Virus record (IMG/VR): IMGVR_UViG_3300031577_000010
Location: 1-30,854 of that record
Strand: one strand, 5' to 3'
DNA from: a virus
Lineage: Duplodnaviria > Caudoviricetes
Length of the DNA: 30,854 bases
Shown: positions 1 to 7,518 of the stretch, in pieces
How the letters are laid out: every line of letters starts with the position of its first letter
Numbering within the stretch: position 1 is the first letter of the stretch
Program-made: the position numbers and the translations under genes
The notes under the pieces: generated by a model
Told to the model about the DNA's origin: nothing
Databases searched by the model: none
Seen by the model: the letters and a program-made list of their open reading frames with translations, nothing else

Positions 1-787
1 GGCATCTACAGCACTCCATTTTTGCATCTTCAAAACGTATCTGCCCCCATTTTAGAGGTTGAAATTCACCACAGGCCGGACAAGGATAACTCCATTCTTC
101 CTGCGTTCCACCTAAGAAGGCGGCTTCAATACGGCTCACATTCTTAATGGTTGGCGTACTTACCGTTAAAAATTTACGATTCCAGAAAGTAACAGTACGC
201 TTCGCAGCCAGTGCAAGCGGATCGCCTTCTGTACCGGCACTTGCAGGATACCTGTCTACTTCATCCGCGAGAACTACCCTAATTGGTCTACTTGCCAAAC
301 CTGATGCGGCATTGGCCCCTACTATAGTCACATGACCACCTGGGAAAACCTTATGCAGCATTGTATTGTCACTACTTCGAGTTTTAGCCTCCGACACCCG
401 GTTCCGGAGTACAGGAGTATCCCGAATCATCGGCGCCAGTCTATCTTTAGAAAAATCCTTCGCCATAGGCTCGACATTCGGCTGAATGACCAAGATAGGT
501 GAAGGATCGTAGTGTATAAAGTATCCAAGTGTATTTAAAAGCAACTCAGTTTTACCAACCTGGGCAGAGGACATTATAACAACATTTTCATATTCTGGGT
601 CAGTTACAGCGTTCATAATCTCCCGCATATAAGGAGCTACATCTGTAGACCACCGACCTGGAGCAGAACTTGATTCCGGAGATAATATCCGATACTCGTC
701 GGCCCATTCTGAGACGGTTAACTCAGGTGGCGGGGCTACTACAGCTGCTATTCCTTTAAATAACCGTTGCGTAGAGCGCTTATCCAC
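1..787 (-). CDS. terL: Terminase large subunit, lambda GpA family (5' part; runs off the window edge)
   Basis: Not in the ORF track. Manual translation from GTG at 787 gives MDKRSTQRLFKGIAAVVAPPPELTVSEWADEYR...GRW...PYMREIM...SSAQVGKTELL...PGG...GANAASGLASRPIRVVLADEVDRYP...EGDP...STPT...CPACG, which are the typical GpA motifs. Overlaps the terS stop by 8 nt. Confidence 0.95.
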   Translation of the reverse strand, partial: MDKRSTQRLFKGIAAVVAPPPELTVSEWADEYRILSPESSSAPGRWSTDVAPYMREIMNAVTDPEYENVVIMSSAQVGKTELLLNTLGYFIHYDPSPILVIQPNVEPMAKDFSKDRLAPMIRDTPVLRNRVSEAKTRSSDNTMLHKVFPGGHVTIVGANAASGLASRPIRVVLADEVDRYPASAGTEGDPLALAAKRTVTFWNRKFLTVSTPTIKNVSRIEAAFLGGTQEEWSYPCPACGEFQPLKWGQIRFEDAKMECCRC

Positions 788-1358
788 CAGTTTTCACCGA
801 GCCTTTGCGCGTTGCCTCGAAAGACTCTGGGTCATATTCGGATAATTCTTGTAGCGCATCCCATAATTGTTTCTTTATCATACTCTGAATTACAGGAATT
901 TCGGTTTGAGCAACCATCCGAGGGGCTAACGTCGTAGGAATAGCCATTATTCTAGCCCGAAATGCACCGAGCATGTCCCCCATTACAGCCTCAACATCTT
1001 CTCGCCGGTGAAGTTCCCCCATCTGGGTTTTTAGGTCTAATTCTGCTTTCATGCGTTGCGCACGGGTTAAACCAGTACGTTCTACAGCCAAATTAGTTCC
1101 CTCCGAGGGCATATTCCCGCTTTTTACATCTTTAGCCACCTTTGTAGCTATCCCTCGCATATTTACTGAACCTTTCAGAAAGTTAATATAGCCCTGGAGG
1201 GCATCTACAAGCTTATAAGTTCCTCTTTTATATGTTTTTATCACTTCATCGGACGCTAATTGTCTAAGTCTGCGTTCAGTTAAGTCCAAAAGTTGTGCAA
1301 GCTGATCCGCCTTGATGTCAGCAGTTATTAAGTCGTCGTATAATAATACATTTTTCAT
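780..1358 (-). CDS. terS: Terminase small subunit (Nu1-like, N-terminal winged HTH)
   Basis: LAQLLDLTERRLRQL HTH, G.Y.L...LQGYI, and ELDL...GEL...DV...FRARIMAIP..LAP pattern; directly upstream of terL. Confidence 0.9.
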   Translation of the reverse strand: MKNVLLYDDLITADIKADQLAQLLDLTERRLRQLASDEVIKTYKRGTYKLVDALQGYINFLKGSVNMRGIATKVAKDVKSGNMPSEGTNLAVERTGLTRAQRMKAELDLKTQMGELHRREDVEAVMGDMLGAFRARIMAIPTTLAPRMVAQTEIPVIQSMIKKQLWDALQELSEYDPESFEATRKGSVKTGG

Positions 1359-1429
1359 TGAAATCGGCTCCTAAATATTGGTACTTACAGTGCGTATTAT
1401 AGCGCACTTTGAGGCAATAGTCCAATTTT

Positions 1430-1500
1430 TTCGTGCCTAGCCAACCAAAGCGCGCTTTGCGACCCTTGCGCGAACCTACGTTCTCACAGTACCTTCGATA
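1430..1500 (-). other. Candidate cos/packaging site
   Basis: GC-rich island (minus strand AGGTACTGTGAGAACGTAGGTTCGCGCAAGGGTCGCAAAGCGCG...AAAAAATT) about 70-140 nt upstream of terS, bordering an AT-rich tract. This is the usual cos position in Nu1/GpA phages; the exact cut site cannot be determined. Confidence 0.4.
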
Positions 1501-1739
1501 TATGGGGTATTGTGTAGTATTCTCTGTGTCAATGCTGTTATGTTAATGTATATTTATTCATTTTATATGTATAAGTATACATGTTTATACAGGGTATACT
1601 GCATAGTCATAGCAATCAAGAGCTACAGCGAGCTACAACAAGCTTCTATACTAGTAAGCTTGTACTAAATTAATAGCGATTTACAGCCTTAATCAGCCTT
1701 ATTTGAGCAACGCCTTTAGTTCGATAAAGGGCAAGGTAT

Positions 1740-1920
1740 TTAAACTTAAATAAATAAAGCACTCTTAGCAGCATTTAAATTAATAAAATAACAATTAATA
1801 TATACTATATAATAATAAATAAATAATAATATATATTTATATTTATATAGTAAGTTATATTTATCTTTATTTTTATATATATCTGCACTCTTTTTTCAAT
1901 TTTTTCCTTTTAACATTTTG
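1740..1920. other. Extremely AT-rich low-complexity non-coding tract
   Basis: Runs such as tatactatataataataaataaataataatatatatttatatt; no ORF. Confidence 0.7.
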
Positions 1921-2164
1921 CTTACTTAGTGCTGTAAAAAGGTTGCCGGGAAACGCGCTCCGAAAACAGGTAAAATATATATAAATCTCGCCTCCCAAAA
2001 ACAGCCATATTTGACCATATTGTACATTCTAGCAAAATAAACGCACTAGCTCCAGCTCGTTGTATCTCACGTGCAACCCCTTTTTACTCCGTTTTTCGTT
2101 TTCCGTATCGCTGTAAACTATTGTCGCCCGCTGTTTTCCGCGCTATTTAATGAAGTAAATATTT

Positions 2165-2183
2165 TTAGTCTACTTTTGTCCAA
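2165..2183. promoter_or_regulatory. Palindromic motif copy TTAGTC-N7-GTCCAA
   Basis: One of 8 copies; lies just upstream of the -35 box, with a half-site GTCCAA at 2199-2204 in the promoter spacer. Confidence 0.7.
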
Positions 2184-2189
2184 AATATA

Positions 2190-2218
2190 TTGCATTCCGT
2201 CCAATTAAGTGCTATATT
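2190..2218 (+). promoter_or_regulatory. SigA-type promoter of the plus-strand operon
   Basis: TTGCAT (2190-2195), 17-nt spacer, TATATT (2213-2218) with extended TGn. Confidence 0.75.
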
Positions 2219-2378
2219 ATAGATGTGAGCTGCAGTAAAGCTCATACCCGGCTAAGTAAGCGCATATGTCCTGTATCGGGCCACGGCGTACCAAGGGTGT
2301 TTATCTTGCTAGTGTCCATGAGCTGCAAAGTTCGCGGACATTATGGAAGGTAAATTTTAAAGAAAGCTAGGTGTTAAA

Positions 2379-2573
2379 ATGAAAAAGTTAATAATTAAAG
2401 CGTTACTGGTTGTAACGCTAATGGTAAGCAATCAGCATTTTGTAGATGGTAAGTTATTCGTCGATTATGTTTTGAATGGCGAAGAATATCATGGTGTCTA
2501 TGTTGAGGATATGCTGAACGATTTGGGCGGGGCACTTGACGCCGATAACGAAAACTTATACCCAATTAATTAA
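2379..2573 (+). CDS. Small protein with signal-peptide-like N-terminus
   Basis: MKKLIIKALLVVTLMV; RBS AGGTG; first gene after the promoter. Confidence 0.65.
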   Translation: MKKLIIKALLVVTLMVSNQHFVDGKLFVDYVLNGEEYHGVYVEDMLNDLGGALDADNENLYPIN

Positions 2574-2586
2574 TTATGTTCACATT

Positions 2587-2605
2587 TTGGACACAAAATG
2601 TCCAA
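2587..2605. promoter_or_regulatory. Palindromic motif copy TTGGAC-N7-GTCCAA
   Basis: ttggac acaaaat gtccaa, immediately before ribozyme 1. Confidence 0.75.
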
Positions 2606-2679
2606 TTTCGCAGAGTAACGGCCTTCGGGCCGGTAATGCGGGGCCGGGATTCCCGGCGCGGTTACAACCCCCGCCAATT
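2604..2679 (+). ncRNA. Twister ribozyme, type P5 (copy 1)
   Basis: GCA-GAGUAA, P1 CGGCC-UUCG-GGCCG, G-U^AA-UGC-GG, P3 GCCGGG-AUU-CCCGGC, P4 GCGG-UUACAACCC-CCGC; pseudoknot T1 GUAA:UUAC. Matches the twister core (UAAUGC...GCGGUUACAA..CCGC...GCAGAGU) in permuted order. Predicted cut at 2634/2635. Confidence 0.85.
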
Positions 2680-2695
2680 AGGAGGAATGTTTATT

Positions 2696-3538
2696 ATGTC
2701 AGGTTTAGCAACTCGCTTTGGAAAAAATTCTTTTGGTTTTCGGTCTAACAACCCCCTTACAGACGAACAAATTTTTGGTGTTGCTCCTAGCATATTTGCA
2801 GCAGGAAAGCACGAATCACGGTCAGAGCGCTACACCTATATTCCTACTATCGATGTTTTAACAGGTCTACGGAAAGAAGGTTTTCAGCCTTTCATGGTTG
2901 CGCAATCCCGCTCCCGGATCGAAGGAAAGTCAGAATTTACAAAACACATGCTGCGGCTGCGGCAAGGCGGTCAAATTACTAACCCTGAAACGTTTGAAAT
3001 TATCTTGATTAATTCTCACGATGGAACATCCAGTTATCAAATGTTAGCCGGTGTATTTCGCTTTGTGTGTCAAAATGGCATGGTATGCGGTGAAACCTTC
3101 GAAGACTTGCGCGTCCCGCATCGCGGGAACATTGCGGAGAATGTAATTGATGCCGCCTATACAATTTTAGACGACTTCGAAGCGGTTCAAAGCTCTATGG
3201 ACGTTATGAAGGACACGCCGCTCGCATTACCTGAGGCGCAAGCATTCGCAGAGGCTGCACTGTCACTAAAATATGATGAAGATTCCGCGCCGGTTATACC
3301 GGATCAACTTTTAACGGCTCGCCGGTATGAGGACAGAGGGAAAAACGACCTATGGACTACGTTTAACCGGGTACAAGAAAACTTATTAAAAGGCGGCTTG
3401 CGCGGGCGGTCTACTAACGGCAGGCGGACCACTACCCGCGAAGTAACCTCAATAGATAACAACGTTAAATTAAACAGGGCGCTTTGGATCCTATCAGAAA
3501 AAATGGCCGGTTTAAAATCAGGCGCTATGGCAGTCTAA
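2696..3538 (+). CDS. DUF932 family protein (YafZ/YubP-like)
   Basis: MSGLATRFG..., APSIFA..KHESRSERYTYIPT, KHMLRLR, INSHDGTSSYQMLAGVFRFVCQNG, LWTTFNRVQENL. Start moved to ATG 2696 (RBS AGGAGG 2680-2685); the upstream in-frame extension reads through the ribozyme. Confidence 0.92.
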   Translation: MSGLATRFGKNSFGFRSNNPLTDEQIFGVAPSIFAAGKHESRSERYTYIPTIDVLTGLRKEGFQPFMVAQSRSRIEGKSEFTKHMLRLRQGGQITNPETFEIILINSHDGTSSYQMLAGVFRFVCQNGMVCGETFEDLRVPHRGNIAENVIDAAYTILDDFEAVQSSMDVMKDTPLALPEAQAFAEAALSLKYDEDSAPVIPDQLLTARRYEDRGKNDLWTTFNRVQENLLKGGLRGRSTNGRRTTTREVTSIDNNVKLNRALWILSEKMAGLKSGAMAV

Positions 3539-3612
3539 ATTTCGCAGAGTGACGGGGCGCAAGTCCCGGAAATGCGGGGCCGGATATCCCGGCGCGGTCA
3601 CAACCCCGCGAA
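3538..3612 (+). ncRNA. Twister ribozyme, type P5 (copy 2)
   Basis: GCA-GAGUGA, P1 CGGGGC-GCAA-GUCCCG, G-A^AA-UGC-GG, P3 GCCGG..CCGGC, P4 GCGG-UCACAACC-CCGC; T1 GUGA:UCAC covaries with copy 1. Predicted cut at 3570/3571. Confidence 0.85.
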
Positions 3613-3629
3613 GAAAGGTAGGCGATTAA

Positions 3630-4412
3630 ATGCAGTATGAACACATGAACGCCTTGAAATGTCCGGACATTGAAAAATTCTTTGGCGATAAAAATTATAT
3701 TGCCGAAGAAAAATTTGACGGTGTTCGCCTTTTCTATGAAGGCGGCAAACTTTTTACCCGGAACGGCAAAGAAAAAGCCACTAAATTACCTAGTATTATT
3801 CAAAGGCTGGAAGGTATACCCGCGATCCTTGACGGTGAACTTTACATTCCTGGCAAAACTTCAAAGGACATTACTAAATTCATTTCGTCGAAAAAATTAG
3901 TCGAATCAAACGAACTATGTTTTGTCGTTTTTGACGTGTTGGAGTATAAAAATATTTCGTTAGCGCCGAGCGCGTGGATTGACCGCCGCACAATTTTGGA
4001 ACGCCTTGCAGCTGAGTACCATCTATCTATTTCAGCCTTTTCAGAAGACAAAGAAAGCCTTTTAGGACGTGTGCAGCTGCGCGGCGGCGAAGGCGTAATG
4101 TTAAAGAATATTCGCAGCTGTTATATTCCCGGCAGCAGGCCTGCGAATACCTGGTACAAAGTCAAAAAGCACGATACAACGGACGTAATAATCACAGGTT
4201 TCACACCTGGAACTGGCAAAAACGAAGGGTTAATAGGCAGCATTAACTTTCAGAATGGACGCTGCAGCGGCATGACAGACGAATTCCGCACCTGGGCTAC
4301 TTCGCACCAAAACGAGTTAATAGGCAGGACTATGGAAATCGGCTATATGGAACGGACTGAGGCGGGCTGCTATCGCCACCCGGTATTCATTCAAATTAGG
4401 GAGGATAAATAA
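3630..4412 (+). CDS. Minimal ATP-dependent DNA ligase
   Basis: Motif I EEKFDGVR, III LDGELY, IIIa VFDVL, IV EGVMLK, V WYKVKK, followed by an OB domain ending RHPVF..IREDK. Confidence 0.93.
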   Translation: MQYEHMNALKCPDIEKFFGDKNYIAEEKFDGVRLFYEGGKLFTRNGKEKATKLPSIIQRLEGIPAILDGELYIPGKTSKDITKFISSKKLVESNELCFVVFDVLEYKNISLAPSAWIDRRTILERLAAEYHLSISAFSEDKESLLGRVQLRGGEGVMLKNIRSCYIPGSRPANTWYKVKKHDTTDVIITGFTPGTGKNEGLIGSINFQNGRCSGMTDEFRTWATSHQNELIGRTMEIGYMERTEAGCYRHPVFIQIREDK

Positions 4413-4414
4413 AA

Positions 4415-5317
4415 ATGAAAAAGACAATTACAAATATGCTTGGATTATCAAAAAATATTATCAATCCCTTCCGGAATACCATTCATTTTTATTCTGACAA
4501 TGGTAATATTATTGCCCATAGTACTAATTTTGCGATTGACGTGAAATTTAATTGCGGGGTAACTTCTGCGGCTTTTAATATAGTCGTCTCCTCCGCTGAA
4601 GTTAGGAAGACGCTAAAACTATCTAGTTATCCTGAAATAGTTTATAGTCAGCAAGGGCTAGCAGTTAACGGCGTGTACTTGCAGCCTGTAAAATGTCTCT
4701 ATCCAGAATGGGAGCTAGAAGAAATGCGCGAAGTAACAAAATTAGATAAAAATAGTATTGATGTTATTACCACGGCCAGCAAATACGCTGCAATAGATGA
4801 TACTCGGCCATTGTTTCAGAATGTTTACATTGACAGTAAAAACATCGTTGCTACTAACTCACATATCCTTTATACAAAACCACACACTCTAAACATCGAA
4901 AAACCTTTGTTTATTGACGTTAACGCCGTTCCTTTTTTGACTGACGGTACTTTATACGCTAATAAAAGCAAATGTAAATTAGAAAATAGTAATGTGGAGA
5001 TTATTTGGCATATGACGGATAGAGTTTATCCAGACTATAGCCGAGTCATCCCGACAGAGGGCGAAGTAATAGATTTTGTTAACGATAAGGCGTTGATGAA
5101 TAGCGTAAAATTGCAAACAGTACAGGCAGAATTAAAAGATAAAACCCGTAAGCCTATTAATTTTATCAAAGATGCTTTTTTTAATGGCGACTATGTGCAA
5201 AAGGCACTTAAAACTTTACCAACTACTTTTACGCTGAAATATAAAAGTAACCATGCACCGGTATTATTTGAAAGTGCCGACGAAAAAATAGTTTTAATTC
5301 CCGTTAAGGTCAGCTAA
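4415..5317 (+). CDS. Divergent DNA polymerase III beta-clamp-like protein
   Basis: AAIDDTRPLFQNVY, VATNSHIL, YPDYSRVIP, FNGDYV..AL and C-terminal PV...VLIPVK resemble DnaN signature segments. Confidence 0.7.
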   Translation: MKKTITNMLGLSKNIINPFRNTIHFYSDNGNIIAHSTNFAIDVKFNCGVTSAAFNIVVSSAEVRKTLKLSSYPEIVYSQQGLAVNGVYLQPVKCLYPEWELEEMREVTKLDKNSIDVITTASKYAAIDDTRPLFQNVYIDSKNIVATNSHILYTKPHTLNIEKPLFIDVNAVPFLTDGTLYANKSKCKLENSNVEIIWHMTDRVYPDYSRVIPTEGEVIDFVNDKALMNSVKLQTVQAELKDKTRKPINFIKDAFFNGDYVQKALKTLPTTFTLKYKSNHAPVLFESADEKIVLIPVKVS

Positions 5318-5472
5318 TGGACACCGAGTATAAATGCCCATTTTGTGGTAAAACACTAGGAAAGGGCCATATACAGCAAGGCTATATAGTGATAAAATGT
5401 AGCCGATGCAAGCAATTCATAAATGTGCCGGGAACGTCTTTGAACGTCAAGAGCGCTAAACATTTTGTTTAG
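5317..5472 (+). CDS. Com-family (Mu Com-like) zinc-ribbon regulator, 51 aa
   Basis: Below the ORF-track cutoff: MDTEYKCPFCGKTLGKGHIQQGYIVIKCSRCKQFIN...; CxxCGK.L...IKCxRC pattern; TAATG coupling to the previous gene. Confidence 0.75.
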   Translation: MDTEYKCPFCGKTLGKGHIQQGYIVIKCSRCKQFINVPGTSLNVKSAKHFV

Positions 5473-5485
5473 CGCTCTTTTATTT
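5449..5485 (+). terminator. Intrinsic terminator of the plus-strand operon
   Basis: Perfect 14-bp stem AAGAGCGCTAAACA/TGTTTAGCGCTCTT followed by TTATTT. Confidence 0.85.
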
Positions 5486-5902
5486 GTGGGTAGGATTGAC
5501 GGATCACGGCTGCCGTGGATCGTGCCTATAAATAATTATTAGTAGCCCTTGCACCATAAATTTTTGGTGATATATACTATATCTTAAAGGTAGCTGTTAG
5601 GCATTCAATTTGCCCCCTATTTCTTATATTTTATCCTTGCGTACTTCTCTATTAAGTCGGTAAGTTCCGCTGTTATAGGTGAAATTCGGCCCGGTTTGGT
5701 CTTATTTTGTAGAAATCAGGCAATCTTGTATATTCACCGTATAAAAGGTCACCGCAAAATGAACCATCATTTTACCTATATTGTCGATTCGAGCAGAATA
5801 CAGAAAGGGACAAAAATCGGGAAAACGAAATATGCAAAACTGGACAAGTCATTTTTTATAACATGTTTTCAAAAAATTTTTAGTGCTAAAATCACGCAAG
5901 GA

Positions 5903-6748
5903 TCAGCATTCACGGTACGGCGTAGGTGATTTACTAATTTCGAATCCTTTTATTTTCTTAACGCTAAACAGCATGCTCGCAGATTTAGATGCCATTTGCT
6001 GCTGTGGATTTGGACCAACTTTTAATTTTTTAAAGGGCCATTCTTCCGCTGTATATCCAAGCGGTATTTCTAAATAAGGCACTAAGTTATGTTTTCCAGG
6101 TCGTAAATTAAATCTTGGATCTGTTATAGGAATTGAATCAAGTGATATGATTCTCCATTCTTTCTCTTCTGACCAACAAGGCTCTTTAATTATTGCGGCT
6201 ATAATTCCAAGTTTCGTTGGAATCTTCTGCCAAAGTATTTTTTTGATTTCCGCTTGGTCAGTTTCTTTTGTCTTAACTTCTTTGTAGTCACTATAAGCTG
6301 TTTCCAGAAACTCTTTTATTAGTCGTTTCTGAACTTCAATTTCGTATTGGCAAGGATAAAGGTGAAATTCGTGATTTTTCCCAATAATATTAAGTAATTT
6401 ATTAGAGTCAAACCCCAGAGAATAGCCACCAGTTGACGGACAATATCCTCTCCATTGACTTAATAAGTCTTCGCTTTCACTCAAAGAAAATACAAATCTA
6501 TTAGTTTCCTTAATTTGAAACGCAAACTCTTTTACTAATAGAATAAAATTTTCTTCAAATTCTCTAGGATCCAACTTATTATTTAAAAGGTTAAAGGCAT
6601 AATAAAATTCAGCTGAATCATTTAAGTAATGTATATTAGTTGCCCATATAGACGTGTTTGTTATAATACCAAATAAACCAGCTGGAGATGTATAATGATA
6701 AAGAAGCTCAGGGGGTTTTGTATCAATAATAGTATTTAATAGACTCAT
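5903..6748 (-). CDS. DUF2971 family protein (moron, possible defence effector)
   Basis: LYHYT, IWAT...LND..E, FSLSE..DLLSQWRGY...GYSLGFD, K...WSEEKEWR, VGP. Start moved to ATG 6748 (RBS AAGGAG); AT-rich. Confidence 0.85.
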   Translation of the reverse strand: MSLLNTIIDTKPPELLYHYTSPAGLFGIITNTSIWATNIHYLNDSAEFYYAFNLLNNKLDPREFEENFILLVKEFAFQIKETNRFVFSLSESEDLLSQWRGYCPSTGGYSLGFDSNKLLNIIGKNHEFHLYPCQYEIEVQKRLIKEFLETAYSDYKEVKTKETDQAEIKKILWQKIPTKLGIIAAIIKEPCWSEEKEWRIISLDSIPITDPRFNLRPGKHNLVPYLEIPLGYTAEEWPFKKLKVGPNPQQQMASKSASMLFSVKKIKGFEISKSPTPYREC

Positions 6749-6821
6749 AATGACTCCTTTCGAAATTACCTTACAGAAAGCTTCCATATTTGCACTTGCT
6801 TTTCCTGCCCTACGAAGCTGA

Positions 6822-7052
6822 CTATTTTTCCAGAAACCATTTACCTTCGTCCTCAAACAAAAATACCTGTTTACCCAGGATCTTGCAGGCATATCTTATA
6901 CCAAGTCCACCGCCACGCAAAGAAGCCGCCCGTCGTACGTCAATAAGTCGATCTATCTCGAATACCCGGCCATCTTCCCATTTTAGGGATAATGGTCTAA
7001 TAGAGCCATCAACATTATGCCTTGCAATAACCTCAACAAATATTTTTATCAA
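6822..7052 (-). CDS. Small SOS-regulated protein of the type found beside Y-family polymerases in clostridia
   Basis: VEVIARH..DG.IRPLSLKWEDGRVFEIDRLIDVRRAASLRGGGLGIRY pattern; RBS GGAGGGG; LexA box upstream. Confidence 0.75.
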   Translation of the reverse strand: MIKIFVEVIARHNVDGSIRPLSLKWEDGRVFEIDRLIDVRRAASLRGGGLGIRYACKILGKQVFLFEDEGKWFLEK

Positions 7053-7071
7053 TTTGCCACCCCTCCATTTC

Positions 7072-7114
7072 GGAACATATGTTCTATTTTAAACCTGTCA
7101 TAATCACAAATCAA
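7072..7114 (-). promoter_or_regulatory. SigA promoter with Gram-positive LexA (SOS) box
   Basis: GAAC-ATAT-GTTC at 7073-7084 directly downstream of TAAAAT (7086-7091), 17-nt spacer, TTGATT (7109-7114). Confidence 0.85.
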
Positions 7115-7238
7115 TAGATAGAAATTCAAAGCTTACTGCTCGTCCTCTCCGCGCAGCAATGTTCCGCTGCCGCTTCACCTTTATTCCAAAATCAAAATCC
7201 CTGTATTACTTGCTTCACAACCCTTTTCTGGTGCATCT

Positions 7239-7290
7239 AAACCTACTAACAATCTACAAGCGGCCCACAAACCTACCTATAATCTACCTA
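7239..7290. repeat. Direct repeats AAACCTAC-N4-AATCTAC x2 (30-bp period)
   Basis: Copies at 7239-7257 and 7269-7287, giving four AA(C/T)CTAC units. Confidence 0.7.
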
Positions 7291-7323
7291 CAAAGAAAGA
7301 CCTCGGAAAGCCGAGGCCTTTCT
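7290..7323 (-). terminator. Intrinsic terminator ending the ParM-FtsK-relaxase module
   Basis: Minus strand AGAAAGGCCTCGG-CTTT-CCGAGGTCTTTCT-TTG directly after the stop at 7327. Confidence 0.8.
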
Positions 7324-7326
7324 GTT

Positions 7327-7518
7327 TTATTTCGTTGTCAACCACTGTGCAACATATGAGACAGCAGATAAAGCAGTCGTCCATTTAAGTAATTGCCGGT
7401 ACGACTCTGGGACCATGAAAATGAATAGCCCATATATAACTAAAGTAATAAACACTTCAAGGAATACATCGCCGAAACCGCTTAAAAACTGATTTGCCTT
7501 CTCCCATCCGTCAATCAT
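7327..7518 (-). CDS. Small two-helix membrane protein
   Basis: Hydrophobic segments VFLEVFITLVIYGLFIFMV and WTTALSAVSYVAQWL; overlaps the upstream stop. Confidence 0.75.
   Translation of the reverse strand: MIDGWEKANQFLSGFGDVFLEVFITLVIYGLFIFMVPESYRQLLKWTTALSAVSYVAQWLTTK

Noticed and set aside
147-335. Plus-strand 62-aa ORF
   Set aside because: Antisense shadow of terL.
1420-1425. Isolated GTCCAA/TTGGAC half-sites (also near 1284, 6010, 25958, 30057)
   Set aside because: No partner half-site at 7-nt spacing, so not counted as motif copies.
2250-2303. HDV-like or pistol ribozyme call for the leader
   Set aside because: P1 has mismatches, L3 is too short and the pistol P1/P2 stems are absent; kept only as an unassigned structured RNA.
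2536-2748. 70-aa ORF and the 2576-2695 extension of DUF932
   Set aside because: Both read through the twister ribozyme; the good RBS points to ATG 2696.
2604-3612. Repeats as a CRISPR array or IS ends
   Set aside because: Only two direct copies about 930 nt apart, with RNA-type covariation and no cas or transposase gene.
2094-5830. 11-bp inverted repeat TTTCGTTTTCC / GGAAAACGAAA flanking the plus-strand operon (invertible segment?)
   Set aside because: Short, low complexity, and no invertase in the window; plausibly chance.
5696-6077. Plus-strand ORFs 5696-5929 and 5883-6077
   Set aside because: No RBS or recognisable motifs; partly antisense to DUF2971.
7159-7359. 66-aa plus-strand ORF
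   Set aside because: Runs across the repeats and terminator; no RBS.
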